The translations under genes were made by a program, and so were the position numbers. From Candidatus Woesearchaeota archaeon (GTDB lineage: Archaea > Nanobdellota > Nanobdellia > Woesearchaeales > GCA-2686295): DNA of 64,000 bases. The notes beneath the pieces are model-generated. The model was not told where the DNA came from and did not search any database. It saw nothing but the letters and a program-made list of their open reading frames with translations. The DNA is taken from the NCBI GenBank assembly GCA_013202845.1, contig JABMPT010000001.1, positions 52,244 through 116,243 of the forward strand, read 5' to 3'. Positions 1 through 8,175 of the stretch are shown here, piece after piece. Position 1 is the first letter of the stretch. Every line of letters starts with the position of its first letter.

Positions 1-399
1 GCAGCAACACTAATACTAGTTGCAGTGGTTCTTGATTTCCTTGATGGAAAAATTGCAAAGTTTTTCAAACTTGAATCAGAACTTGGAGTACAGTTAGATT
101 CGCTAGCAGATCTTGTGTCTTTTGGAGTTGCGCCTGCGGTTATGATGTATGCATTATTTCAAAATAGTTCTTTATTGGTAATAGCTGTTTTGTATGTTTT
201 GGCAAGTGCTTTCAGATTAGCCAGATTCAACACAATGAAAAACGAAGTAGAGGGTTATTTAGGAATGCCGATAACAGTTAACGGTCTGATATTTCCTATC
301 TTGTATTTTGTGAATGCGAGTTTCAATATAGTTGCAGTAATATTTATTATTTCATTGGTATTAATGGTTAGCACTTTTCATTTCAAAAAGGTGATATAA
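1..399 (+). CDS. CDP-alcohol phosphatidyltransferase, PssA-type (archaetidylserine synthase-like), 5' end cut by window edge
   Basis: Frame 1 is open from nt 1. DGKIAK-FFKLESEL-G-VQL-D-SLA-D matches the D-G-x2-A-[RK]-x8-G-x3-D-x3-D signature, followed by SFGVAP and hydrophobic helices. The TAA stop shares 1 nt with the next ATG. Confidence 0.75.
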   Translation, partial: AATLILVAVVLDFLDGKIAKFFKLESELGVQLDSLADLVSFGVAPAVMMYALFQNSSLLVIAVLYVLASAFRLARFNTMKNEVEGYLGMPITVNGLIFPILYFVNASFNIVAVIFIISLVLMVSTFHFKKVI

Positions 400-929
400 T
401 GATATTGGAAGCCTTTTACTATTTTTTACCAGCTTATGTAGCAAATACAGTTCCTCCTCTTTTACGATGGATTCCTTTTCTTGGAGAATCAATTGATTTT
501 AGCAAAAGATATAGGGGTAAAAGAATATTCGGAAAAAACAAAACAATCAGAGGCTTCTTAGGTGCGTGCATCCTTGGAACATTGATGTTCTATATTCAAA
601 AATTGTTGTATCAGATTCCTTTTTTCAATAGCATCAGCATAATCGATTATTCTAAAACAACTATTTGGCTTGGTTTCTTGCTTGCTTTTGGTGCAATATT
701 TGGAGATGCAATAAAATCCTTTTTCAAAAGACAAATCGGAATTGCTTCTGGCAAGCCCTGGATTCCATTTGATCAGATAGATTATCTTATAGTGGCTTTA
801 TTATTGTCATCAATGATATTTCTTCCAAGTGTCGAAGTACTGATTTGGATAGTGGTACTCAGTGTTTTACTGCCTCCACTAGTACATTATCTAGGATATC
901 TGCTAGGTGTTACCAAAGACAAGATTTAA
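399..929 (+). CDS. carS: CDP-archaeol synthase (CDP-2,3-bis-O-geranylgeranyl-sn-glycerol synthase)
   Basis: LPAYVANTVPPLL...GKNKTIRGFLGA matches the CarS/DUF46 hallmark (PAYVAN...GxxKTxRG). About 176 aa, polytopic membrane protein. Coupled to the upstream phosphatidyltransferase. Confidence 0.85.
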   Translation: MILEAFYYFLPAYVANTVPPLLRWIPFLGESIDFSKRYRGKRIFGKNKTIRGFLGACILGTLMFYIQKLLYQIPFFNSISIIDYSKTTIWLGFLLAFGAIFGDAIKSFFKRQIGIASGKPWIPFDQIDYLIVALLLSSMIFLPSVEVLIWIVVLSVLLPPLVHYLGYLLGVTKDKI

Positions 930-954
930 ATAAAATAAATTCTGAGGTAAGAGC

Positions 955-1746
955 ATGAGATTGGTTACTTATAATGTTGAGTATGGTGATGGAATAAATC
1001 GTCGTTTGAGATTCCAAAACAGATATCTTGAAGTTTTCAAATTCTTTAAGATAGTTGGAAGGACTTTGTTGAAAATCGCTGATTATCTAAAAACAGTGAA
1101 TCCTGATATCCTTGGATTGATAGAGATAGATTCTGGTTCTGTTAGATATTTGAGAAAATCAGGCTCAAAAATGTTCGCCGAAAGTCTTGAGATGGATTAC
1201 TGGGTTGAGAAAACAAAGTATGCTAGAAGGTCTGTTTATAAGGTTTTGAATTTTGTGCCTATAATTAGAAAACAAGGTAATGCCATACTTTCAAAATACA
1301 AGCTTTATGATACAAGGTATTATTATTTTTCCAAAGGTGTTAAAAGACTTGTTATTCATTCAAAAGTTAAGGTTCCTGTTGGTTATGGAAAAGTTGAATT
1401 ACATCTCTTTGCTGTTCATCTGTCCTTGAGAAGAAAAACAAGAGTTAAACAACTCAAGGAATTGGGAGAGATTGTGGGGGCATGTCCTTCACCAAAAATT
1501 GTCTTTGGAGATTTCAACACATTCAAAGGATTGAGTGAATTGGAAGAATTCCTTAAACTTTCAGGTGTTAAGGACTCTAACAATACAGACGAGTATAGTA
1601 AAACTTTTCCTTCATGGAAGCCAAAGCATTGGATTGACCACGTATTTGTATCTCCAGACATAATAATTCACAAATACAAGGTCTTGGACGCTACTTACTC
1701 AGATCATTTACCTGTAATGATAGATTTTGATGTAAAGCAGAACTAA
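955..1746 (+). CDS. endonuclease/exonuclease/phosphatase (EEP) family protein
   Basis: N-terminal RLVTYNV, internal GDFNT and C-terminal SDHLPVMIDF are the EEP catalytic motifs. Confidence 0.8.
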   Translation: MRLVTYNVEYGDGINRRLRFQNRYLEVFKFFKIVGRTLLKIADYLKTVNPDILGLIEIDSGSVRYLRKSGSKMFAESLEMDYWVEKTKYARRSVYKVLNFVPIIRKQGNAILSKYKLYDTRYYYFSKGVKRLVIHSKVKVPVGYGKVELHLFAVHLSLRRKTRVKQLKELGEIVGACPSPKIVFGDFNTFKGLSELEEFLKLSGVKDSNNTDEYSKTFPSWKPKHWIDHVFVSPDIIIHKYKVLDATYSDHLPVMIDFDVKQN

Positions 1747-2843
1747 TTCTTTAGCTTTTCAGACAGGTAGATGTGCATACTAGCCCAGAGCATGCCTTCA
1801 TCTGAGATGTATAAAGGTGTTTTGTAGATTTTTCCACTATTGTCATATAGTTCTAAGAAAGTTCTGTTCTTCTCGATAGTTTTGGAATACTTTTCGAGAT
1901 AATCTCTTGCCAGTTTCTTATCAACTTTCGGAACAATATCTATGTATGGGTATCCTAGATGGACCCACACATTATCTAATTCATATGTTGAGAAGTATAA
2001 GTACCATGTCAACTTAGGTTTCTCCAGACAGTACTTGAGTGGTAGTGGCTTATCAAGTTTTCTGTTTGTTAACGCTTTAATAGCTGATTTCATCATTTCT
2101 TTGGAATCAAAAATCCCTGTCCAGAAAGGGAAAACATTTGCATCCCCTGAAATAATGTTTCGTCCTGATAAATCCTCTATAAAGTATTCTCCTTTCCAGA
2201 AATTGTCTTTAATGATTTTCTTAAAATTATAATTTTTCATAGGATTTTGCAATTCTAACTTGTTTAGATTCTCAGAAACCCAAGCAACCATAACGTTATC
2301 ATAACAAGAAGATTTTCTTATACTTTGATCCTTAATAGAACTGAAATGCTTCTTCTTAACAAGACCTGTGTTTTTATCAACAACAATGTTGAAGAACTTT
2401 CTTGCTTCGGATTCTAAGAATGGCTTGTACTTTTCAACGAGTTCTTTATTTCTGCATACAATGAGTGAATGGAGTGAGTATGCCAAAGAATCAGGTGCAT
2501 ACTTTGGGAAGTCAAAAGGTTTTCCATCAGGGGTAATTGTTGTAGTAATTCCTTTATTCTTTTCAAAAAGGTTTAATGCATAATTTAAGGTATTTATTAT
2601 CTCTTTTTCATAACCAAGTTCCTTCAAAGCTTTTACGCATAATCCAAAGTCCCTGCTCCAATATTGTGAGTAATGACCTGTGCTTGTCATAAAATACTTT
2701 CTTTCTTTGTTGTAGCAGTCGTCGACTATTTGTTTACATATTTCATCAGCGTTTCCAGAATATCTTCTAAAACCTTTTTTACCAACTCTTAATTTTCTTC
2801 GAAACATTCGAAGTCCTTCGCTAAGAAAGATTGGTTTTATCAT
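1743..2843 (-). CDS. (alpha/alpha)6-barrel glycoside-hydrolase-like protein (family uncertain)
   Basis: 366-aa ORF. YWSRDFG and later aromatic/acidic-rich segments resemble six-hairpin glycosidases (GH63/GDB-like). 4-nt overlap with the upstream gene. Confidence 0.4.
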   Translation of the reverse strand: MIKPIFLSEGLRMFRRKLRVGKKGFRRYSGNADEICKQIVDDCYNKERKYFMTSTGHYSQYWSRDFGLCVKALKELGYEKEIINTLNYALNLFEKNKGITTTITPDGKPFDFPKYAPDSLAYSLHSLIVCRNKELVEKYKPFLESEARKFFNIVVDKNTGLVKKKHFSSIKDQSIRKSSCYDNVMVAWVSENLNKLELQNPMKNYNFKKIIKDNFWKGEYFIEDLSGRNIISGDANVFPFWTGIFDSKEMMKSAIKALTNRKLDKPLPLKYCLEKPKLTWYLYFSTYELDNVWVHLGYPYIDIVPKVDKKLARDYLEKYSKTIEKNRTFLELYDNSGKIYKTPLYISDEGMLWASMHIYLSEKLKN

Positions 2844-3847
2844 TTCGAATTTATATAACTCTTTTCAATGGTTTTGCTTATCTTGACGCCATAATAGCTT
2901 AGAAGTAGCATTCCGATAATGCTCCATAATAAGTCCCTGATTCTGATTATGAAAGCCAAGGCAACTCCCGCAGCGCTTTTTATACTCATCATCGTAAAGA
3001 CGGCAATCTGGCTAGCTTCCAAAGTTCCCATTGCCATTGGAATTGGAATTATAAAAGCAGCTCCTACAAAACTAATTATCAAGAATAAAGTTGTGAATGA
3101 TAAATTATAACCAAGAATCAAAGTAGCCATCTTGTATTCTAAAAACATAAAAATCCATGATACAAAACAAGCTATGAATGCCAATAAGAAATCTTTTTTG
3201 TCCTGTTTGAAGAATTTTATAATTCTTTTCTCGAATTCTTCTAGTTTTTTCTCAGATATATCTACTTTTTTTATCTTATGAAGTCGGAGTGTTTTACATA
3301 AACTGCGAATAAATCCTTTTCCAGAAGCCATTCTATGATATACAAATATCATTAGCACTAAGAAGACAATAGCAAATAACAACATAGTTATTTCTGTTTG
3401 TCCTGGAAGAGCAAACTTGAATAAGACTATTAACACTCCTATGAAAAAGAACAATGCTGATGATGCAACCTCAATTGTTTTATCAATAACTACACTAGAC
3501 AAAGCTCTTGAAAACTTTATTCCATGTCTTGAAAGAAGTGCTGCTCTTACAGGTTCACCTCCGAGTTTTGCAGAAGGTGTTAGGTAACTTATTCCATATC
3601 CTATAAGTCTATAAGCAAATAAGTGCGAGAAAGGAATTTTTATATTCTGACTTTTTAGAACAACCTTCCACTTCCAAGCTAAAGCTATCATTATTAAGCA
3701 TGATGATATTAAGAAAAATATTATGTGTATTGGATTCGCATTATGGAAGTTCTCTACAATTTCTTGGAAGGGTATAATTTTGAATACTATCCATAAAGCA
3801 ACTAATCCAGCGATAACTGATAGTGCTATCAATGACTTCTTTTTCAT
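2840..3847 (-). CDS. flippase-like membrane protein (UPF0104 / lysyl-PG synthase TM-region family)
   Basis: About 8 predicted TM helices. YRLIGYGISYLTPSAKLGGEPVRAALL resembles the conserved UPF0104 loop. Confidence 0.65.
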   Translation of the reverse strand: MKKKSLIALSVIAGLVALWIVFKIIPFQEIVENFHNANPIHIIFFLISSCLIMIALAWKWKVVLKSQNIKIPFSHLFAYRLIGYGISYLTPSAKLGGEPVRAALLSRHGIKFSRALSSVVIDKTIEVASSALFFFIGVLIVLFKFALPGQTEITMLLFAIVFLVLMIFVYHRMASGKGFIRSLCKTLRLHKIKKVDISEKKLEEFEKRIIKFFKQDKKDFLLAFIACFVSWIFMFLEYKMATLILGYNLSFTTLFLIISFVGAAFIIPIPMAMGTLEASQIAVFTMMSIKSAAGVALAFIIRIRDLLWSIIGMLLLSYYGVKISKTIEKSYINSK

Positions 3848-3901
3848 CTCTCAACATTAGTTTGGATTAGTATATAAATTTTTAGAATGTAACCAAACAA
3901 A

Positions 3902-3909
3902 TTTAAAAA
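3902..3909 (+). promoter_or_regulatory. A/T box (TATA-like) for tRNA-Arg
   Basis: TTTAAAAA centred about 28 nt upstream of the tRNA 5' end. The same spacing is seen at all four tRNA genes in the window. Confidence 0.5.
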
Positions 3910-3933
3910 GGACTTGACAATACTCATATTCAT

Positions 3934-4008
3934 GGACCTGTAGCCTAGTCTGGATAAGGCGACAGCCTCCTAAGCTGTAGACCGGGGGTTCGAATCCCCC
4001 CAGGTCCG
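3934..4008 (+). tRNA. tRNA-Arg (anticodon CCU)
   Basis: Hand-folded cloverleaf: acceptor GGACCTG/CAGGTCC, D stem GCCT/AGGC, anticodon stem ACAGC/GCTGT with loop CTCCTAA, T arm GGGGG-TTCGAAT-CCCCC. 75 nt, no encoded CCA. Confidence 0.9.
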
Positions 4009-4018
4009 TTTTTTCAAA

Positions 4019-4975
4019 ATGATACTCAAACAAATACCTGAAGACTTCATTGTAAAAGAGTTATCAGGGTATGAAAAAGAAGAAGGTCTCTATGCTATTT
4101 TTATTCTTAAAAAAACCAATTATACTACAGAGAAAGCAATTCAAACTGTATGCAATTCTCTTCACATTGAAAGAAAGAGAGCTGGCTATGCAGGTATAAA
4201 AGATAAAAACGCAATAACTTCTCAGTATATCTCTATTTACAAGATAAAAAAGGAAAAAGTCGAAAGCTTAGAACTTAAAGATATCAAATTTAGGTTTGTT
4301 TCTTATTCTAAAAAACCGATTTCTCTTGGTGATTTGGAAGGTAACACTTTTGAAATAATTGTAAGAGACTTGGATAAAGATGCTGAGATAAATTCTTATA
4401 AGAAGATAAAGAATTTTTTTGACGAGCAAAGGTTTTCAGAAAATAATGTTGAGATTGGTAAGGCTATTTTGAAAAAGAATTTCAAAAAGGCAGTTGAATT
4501 AATCTTGGAAGGAAAAGGTGATTATGAAAAAAGAGTAAAAGCGTTTATTGATAGTAATCCGAACAATTACATCAGTGCTTTGAGAAAGATTCCAAAGAAA
4601 ATCTTATTGCTATTTGTTCATTCTTTTCAAAGCTATGTTTTTAATAAGACAATAAAGGATATTGATAATGAAGAAAACATTAAGATTCCTTTGGTTGGTT
4701 TTGGAACTGAATATGGTAGTAATGATATTAAAAGAATTATAAAAAGTATTTTAGTGAGTAATGGTATTACTGAAAGGGATTTTATTGTCAATTCAATACC
4801 AGAACTCAGCTGCGAAGGAGATGAAAGACATTTATACATTGAACCAAAGAACTTGAAAGTTGAAAAATTAGAAATAGATGAGTTAAACAAAGGAAGATAT
4901 AAAGTCAAGATTTCTTTTTCTCTACCGAAGGGAGCTTATGCAACTAATCTTGTAAAGCAAATAATATCTCCTTAA
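4019..4975 (+). CDS. truD: tRNA pseudouridine synthase TruD/Pus7 family
   Basis: N-terminal IPEDFIVKEL and the catalytic GYAGIKDKNAITSQ (GxKDxxA) motif. Confidence 0.88.
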   Translation: MILKQIPEDFIVKELSGYEKEEGLYAIFILKKTNYTTEKAIQTVCNSLHIERKRAGYAGIKDKNAITSQYISIYKIKKEKVESLELKDIKFRFVSYSKKPISLGDLEGNTFEIIVRDLDKDAEINSYKKIKNFFDEQRFSENNVEIGKAILKKNFKKAVELILEGKGDYEKRVKAFIDSNPNNYISALRKIPKKILLLFVHSFQSYVFNKTIKDIDNEENIKIPLVGFGTEYGSNDIKRIIKSILVSNGITERDFIVNSIPELSCEGDERHLYIEPKNLKVEKLEIDELNKGRYKVKISFSLPKGAYATNLVKQIISP

Positions 4976-5585
4976 GAACTGTATCCATTGGCTGCTCACC
5001 GTTGATATTCTTTAGAATTTCTTTTTCTTCGTAGAATTTCAGGAGGGGCTCTGTCTTTTCATGATATGTTTCTAGTCTCTTCTTTATTGCTTCTGGCTTG
5101 TCATCTTCTCTTTGAACTAGTTTTCCGCCACATTTGTCGCAGATCCCTTCTTGTTTTGGTTGTATGTATATTAGATTAAAATTTGTCTTGCAGTCAACGC
5201 ATACACGTCTGGCGGATATTCTTTTTATTATTTCTTCCTGAGAAATCTGTAGGTTGATAACTGCGTCAATTTTATATTGTAAATTGTCAAGGAATTCTGC
5301 TTGTGGCCTTGTTCTTGGATATCCATCAAGAATGAATCCATTTTTGCAGTCATCTCTTGAAAGCCTTTCTTCTACTATCTTGTTAGTGATTTCATCTGAC
5401 ATTAGTATTCCTTGAGAGAGTATTTGTTCGGCTTGTTTTCCAAGTTCAGTTTTGTTTTTTATGTTTTCTCTGAAAATGTTTCCTGTTGAGATTTGAGGTA
5501 TGTTGAGTTTGTTTACTATTTGAATTGCCTGTGTTCCTTTTCCACTTGCTTGCGGTCCAAATATTATAAGTCTCATTTTATCCAA
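4944..5585 (-). CDS. adk: adenylate kinase (long form with zinc lid)
   Basis: P-loop GPQASGKGTQ, ISTGNIFRE, and a CxxC...CxxC lid (CVDC...CDKC). Converges on truD with a 32-nt overlap. Confidence 0.92.
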   Translation of the reverse strand: MDKMRLIIFGPQASGKGTQAIQIVNKLNIPQISTGNIFRENIKNKTELGKQAEQILSQGILMSDEITNKIVEERLSRDDCKNGFILDGYPRTRPQAEFLDNLQYKIDAVINLQISQEEIIKRISARRVCVDCKTNFNLIYIQPKQEGICDKCGGKLVQREDDKPEAIKKRLETYHEKTEPLLKFYEEKEILKNINGEQPMDTVLKEILFALQD

Positions 5586-6030
5586 AATAGCTTAGTTCTA
5601 GTTTTGTTTTCTTGTCTCTATTCCAGCAGCTCTGCATCTTTGTAACTATACTTTTCAATTCAGGTTTTAAATTTTGCCATTCTTTGAAAAAATTGTTTAT
5701 GTATTCTGTTGTCTCTTTTTCGTCGTAGCTTATTTCAAGATTTGAATGCATTCTATAATTGTACAATAACTTTCTGTATATCTTCAAAACGTGTTTCTTA
5801 TCTTCATCGCTGAACATGCTTGATTCATGCAAAGCACTTAATCTTGTTTCAGGGTTTAATATCTCTTCTAGTAGATTGGCAAATAGTTCTATTTTTTCAC
5901 TTATTTTTTTGGCGATTTCTTTCAACAAGAAATTCTTTGCTTCTATACTGCTTACCTGAAAATCTCTGTCAAGCTCCTTCAAGTTTGGAAGACCATGCTT
6001 TTTCTTTAGGTTATTGTACTCTTTTTCCAT
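5578..6030 (-). CDS. hypothetical protein (conserved-looking helical protein)
   Basis: The ORF track starts at TTG 6045. ATG 6030 lies about 25 nt downstream of TATAAATAAT (minus strand, 6051-6060), so a leaderless start at 6030 is preferred. 8-nt overlap with the adk start. Confidence 0.5.
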   Translation of the reverse strand: MEKEYNNLKKKHGLPNLKELDRDFQVSSIEAKNFLLKEIAKKISEKIELFANLLEEILNPETRLSALHESSMFSDEDKKHVLKIYRKLLYNYRMHSNLEISYDEKETTEYINNFFKEWQNLKPELKSIVTKMQSCWNRDKKTKLELSYFG

Positions 6031-6210
6031 ACTCTTTGCTAGCAATAGGTATTATTTATAGTTTTTCTTTACGATGGGCGAAAACTTTATATACTGCTTT
6101 TGTAAGATGAATGGTATACAAATAGTGTACCAATGTCATTTTTTGGCAACAAAGATGTAAAAAAAACTACGAGTGTCATACAAATAAATTACAGATAACA
6201 TACAAGGACT

Positions 6211-6381
6211 ATGCAGAAATCACATAAGGATATGGAGATAGTGAATGTAAGACTGCCAAAAGAGATTGTTTCTATATTAGATTCTCTTGTTAAGAAGAAA
6301 CTATTTTTATCTAGATCCGAAGCTATCAGAGAATTTTCCCGTGAATACGTATTATATAATAGAGTGCAAAACAGAACATAG
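6211..6381 (+). CDS. ribbon-helix-helix (CopG/Arc/MetJ-like) DNA-binding protein, 56 aa, absent from the ORF track
   Basis: Hand translation: MQKSHKDMEIVNVRLPKEIVSILDSLVKKKLFLSRSEAIREFSREYVLYNRVQNRT. It has a beta-strand (VNVRLP) then two helices with the SRSEAIRE motif typical of RHH. A/T box AAATAAATTA about 27 nt upstream. Confidence 0.6.
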   Translation: MQKSHKDMEIVNVRLPKEIVSILDSLVKKKLFLSRSEAIREFSREYVLYNRVQNRT

Positions 6382-6421
6382 AGCAATAGTGAAAAGAACA
6401 AAAACAGCACAGAAAACAACA

Positions 6422-6697
6422 ATGACAGATGTAGTAGTTAGTATCAGGATGCCTACTTCCCTAGTTAAAGAACTGAAAATATTATCAGAACAAAATCATT
6501 TCAAAGATCTTTCTGAAGAGATACGTTCTGTTGTCAGGGTCAAGTGTTTGCAGTACATCCAACCAAATAATTCTAAATTACAAAAACTGCATGAAGAATT
6601 GTCACAGCAGCTAGTGATTAAGAAAGAGTGGGAAAGAAAACAACAGCTAGTGGAAGACTTGAAGAAAATAGTGAAGAAACTGCAGAATGAAAAATAA
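6422..6697 (+). CDS. ribbon-helix-helix-like protein with C-terminal coiled coil, 91 aa
   Basis: Internal Met of track ORF 6287-6697. MTDVVVSIRMPTSLVKELKILSEQNHFKDLSEEIRSVV parallels the RHH pattern of the upstream gene. The 5' part of the track ORF overlaps the first RHH gene in another frame. Confidence 0.5.
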   Translation: MTDVVVSIRMPTSLVKELKILSEQNHFKDLSEEIRSVVRVKCLQYIQPNNSKLQKLHEELSQQLVIKKEWERKQQLVEDLKKIVKKLQNEK

Positions 6698-6775
6698 AAT
6701 CCAGAATGTTAAAGCAAAAGATGAATTTTTAAGTACTTTACAAGAAGAATAAATAAAAGAAGAGGTGAAATAGAG

Positions 6776-7462
6776 GTGAGTAAAACTCTTAGAGAGGAAG
6801 AGTACTTTTATCTTAGAAATGGAAGTAGTTTGAAGAGTATTGAAGAGCTTTATGACAAGCTGGAAGACATGCTTGATGAAGACTTCTTTTTCCATGTAAA
6901 TGAAGAAAAGAATGATTTTGCTAATTGGATAAAAGGTGTCTTTGGAGAAAAAGAGCTTTCGGACAATTTATCTACTGTAAAAACTAAAAAGGAAGTAAAA
7001 AAAATTCTTGATAAATTTCTAAAACCTAAAGAAACACATAGCAACAAAGTTGCTAGTGCGCCAAAAGATAAACTTTTGAGCGAGAAAGAAAAGGTTAGGA
7101 AAGTCAAGAAGCCAGAACCAGTAAAAGAAGCTCCTAAAATTAAGATTCCTGAAGAAGACTTTGAAGAAGAAAAGAAAAAAGAACAAAAAGAACCTGAGTT
7201 GGATGATTTTTTAGAGAATGTCAGGTCTGACTATAAAATAAAAAAGAAAGAAAAAAAGAAACAAGTTGAAGAAAATGAAGAGGAAAAGCCTAACTTCTTT
7301 TCAAGGCTTTGGATCAAACTTAAAGCAAGCAAACTTTTAGGTAAAACAATTTTCAGAAAAAGTTATGTTGATAATCAAGTAAAGGAATTGGATGAAGAGA
7401 TTGATGAGTTTGGAGAAGATATAGATAAAAAACTAGGAGACAATAGCAGAGAAGAAAAATAA
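6776..7462 (+). CDS. hypothetical protein with Lys/Glu-rich low-complexity C-terminal half
   Basis: GTG start after an AGAGGTGA Shine-Dalgarno-like sequence. The N-terminal 60 aa (FYLRNGSSLKSIEELYDKLEDM..FFFHV....NDFANWI) look like a compact conserved domain I cannot name. Confidence 0.5.
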   Translation: MSKTLREEEYFYLRNGSSLKSIEELYDKLEDMLDEDFFFHVNEEKNDFANWIKGVFGEKELSDNLSTVKTKKEVKKILDKFLKPKETHSNKVASAPKDKLLSEKEKVRKVKKPEPVKEAPKIKIPEEDFEEEKKKEQKEPELDDFLENVRSDYKIKKKEKKKQVEENEEEKPNFFSRLWIKLKASKLLGKTIFRKSYVDNQVKELDEEIDEFGEDIDKKLGDNSREEK

Positions 7463-7554
7463 CTGTAAACTCGAATAGCCGGTAGAAGAACTTATAGAGA
7501 AAGTGTTAACAAGATTTATAGAAGTAAGGTCGAAGATTATAGTCTTAAAAAAAG

Positions 7555-7618
7555 CGTGAGCTCCCCAGAAAATCGGGAGGGGGAGGGTGGTTAGAGAAGA
7601 GACTTCAGGGAGCTCGTG
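7555..7618. terminator. bidirectional terminator-like hairpin between convergent genes
   Basis: A perfect 8-bp stem GAGCTCCC (7558-7565) / GGGAGCTC (7608-7615), extendable by wobble pairs. Flanked by A7 (7547-7553, which is T7 on the minus strand) and by T-runs from 7625 on the plus strand. Confidence 0.5.
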
Positions 7619-7622
7619 AATG

Positions 7623-8045
7623 TTATTTTTTCTTTTTCAGTGCAAATACCTTTGGTGGCCTTCTCAGCTCTTGGAGCCACATCAGACCTATCCTCATCAT
7701 GTTCTTGTTGAATTTCTCGCTTAGTTTGTATGTTTTCTTGTATAAATCGTAGTCAATCAGACCCATGGTCTTCATCGGCGTTAATATTCTGTCATAAAAT
7801 TGTCTCTTGTTGTAAGATAATTTAACATCTTTTTTTATCCCGAATGGGCTCTCGTCTTTTGATTCAAGGATAGTTCCTTCATGGAGGGCGGTGGCAAATA
7901 AAGACATCTCTGTTTTTCCGATTTCACCTTCTTTGAGCTTCATCTGCTCTATGAGAAGTTTTGCTACAAGCACTTGTTGTTTCGTAGCGAAGATTATCTC
8001 ATAGATGCTGTCCGGAAAATTAAACTGATCAAACAAGATTACCAT
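7623..8045 (-). CDS. hypothetical protein
   Basis: 140-aa ORF with a basic C-terminus and no motif recognised. TATA-like CATTTATATAC upstream on the minus strand. Confidence 0.45.
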   Translation of the reverse strand: MVILFDQFNFPDSIYEIIFATKQQVLVAKLLIEQMKLKEGEIGKTEMSLFATALHEGTILESKDESPFGIKKDVKLSYNKRQFYDRILTPMKTMGLIDYDLYKKTYKLSEKFNKNMMRIGLMWLQELRRPPKVFALKKKK

Positions 8046-8175
8046 TTTTTAGCGTCCTCACGGGTTATTTTTACTATGAAATAGTTAAACTAGTATATAA
8101 ATGTTTCGTTTTGTATACGTTTTTGTATACTGAGGTAGTTAAAATATTGTGAAATTTCTAAAAAATAAGTAAAAT

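Noticed and set aside
6189-6895. ORFs 6189-6422 (-) and 6647-6895 (-) opposite the RHH genes and the 228-aa gene
   Set aside because: They are hydrophobic low-complexity antisense frames. The plus-strand genes have recognisable RHH motifs or start contexts.
7575-7590. Possible G-quadruplex GGGAGGGGGAGGGTGG
   Set aside because: It has only three runs of three or more G plus a GG, so a canonical four-tract G4 is not supported. It is better explained as part of a terminator hairpin loop.
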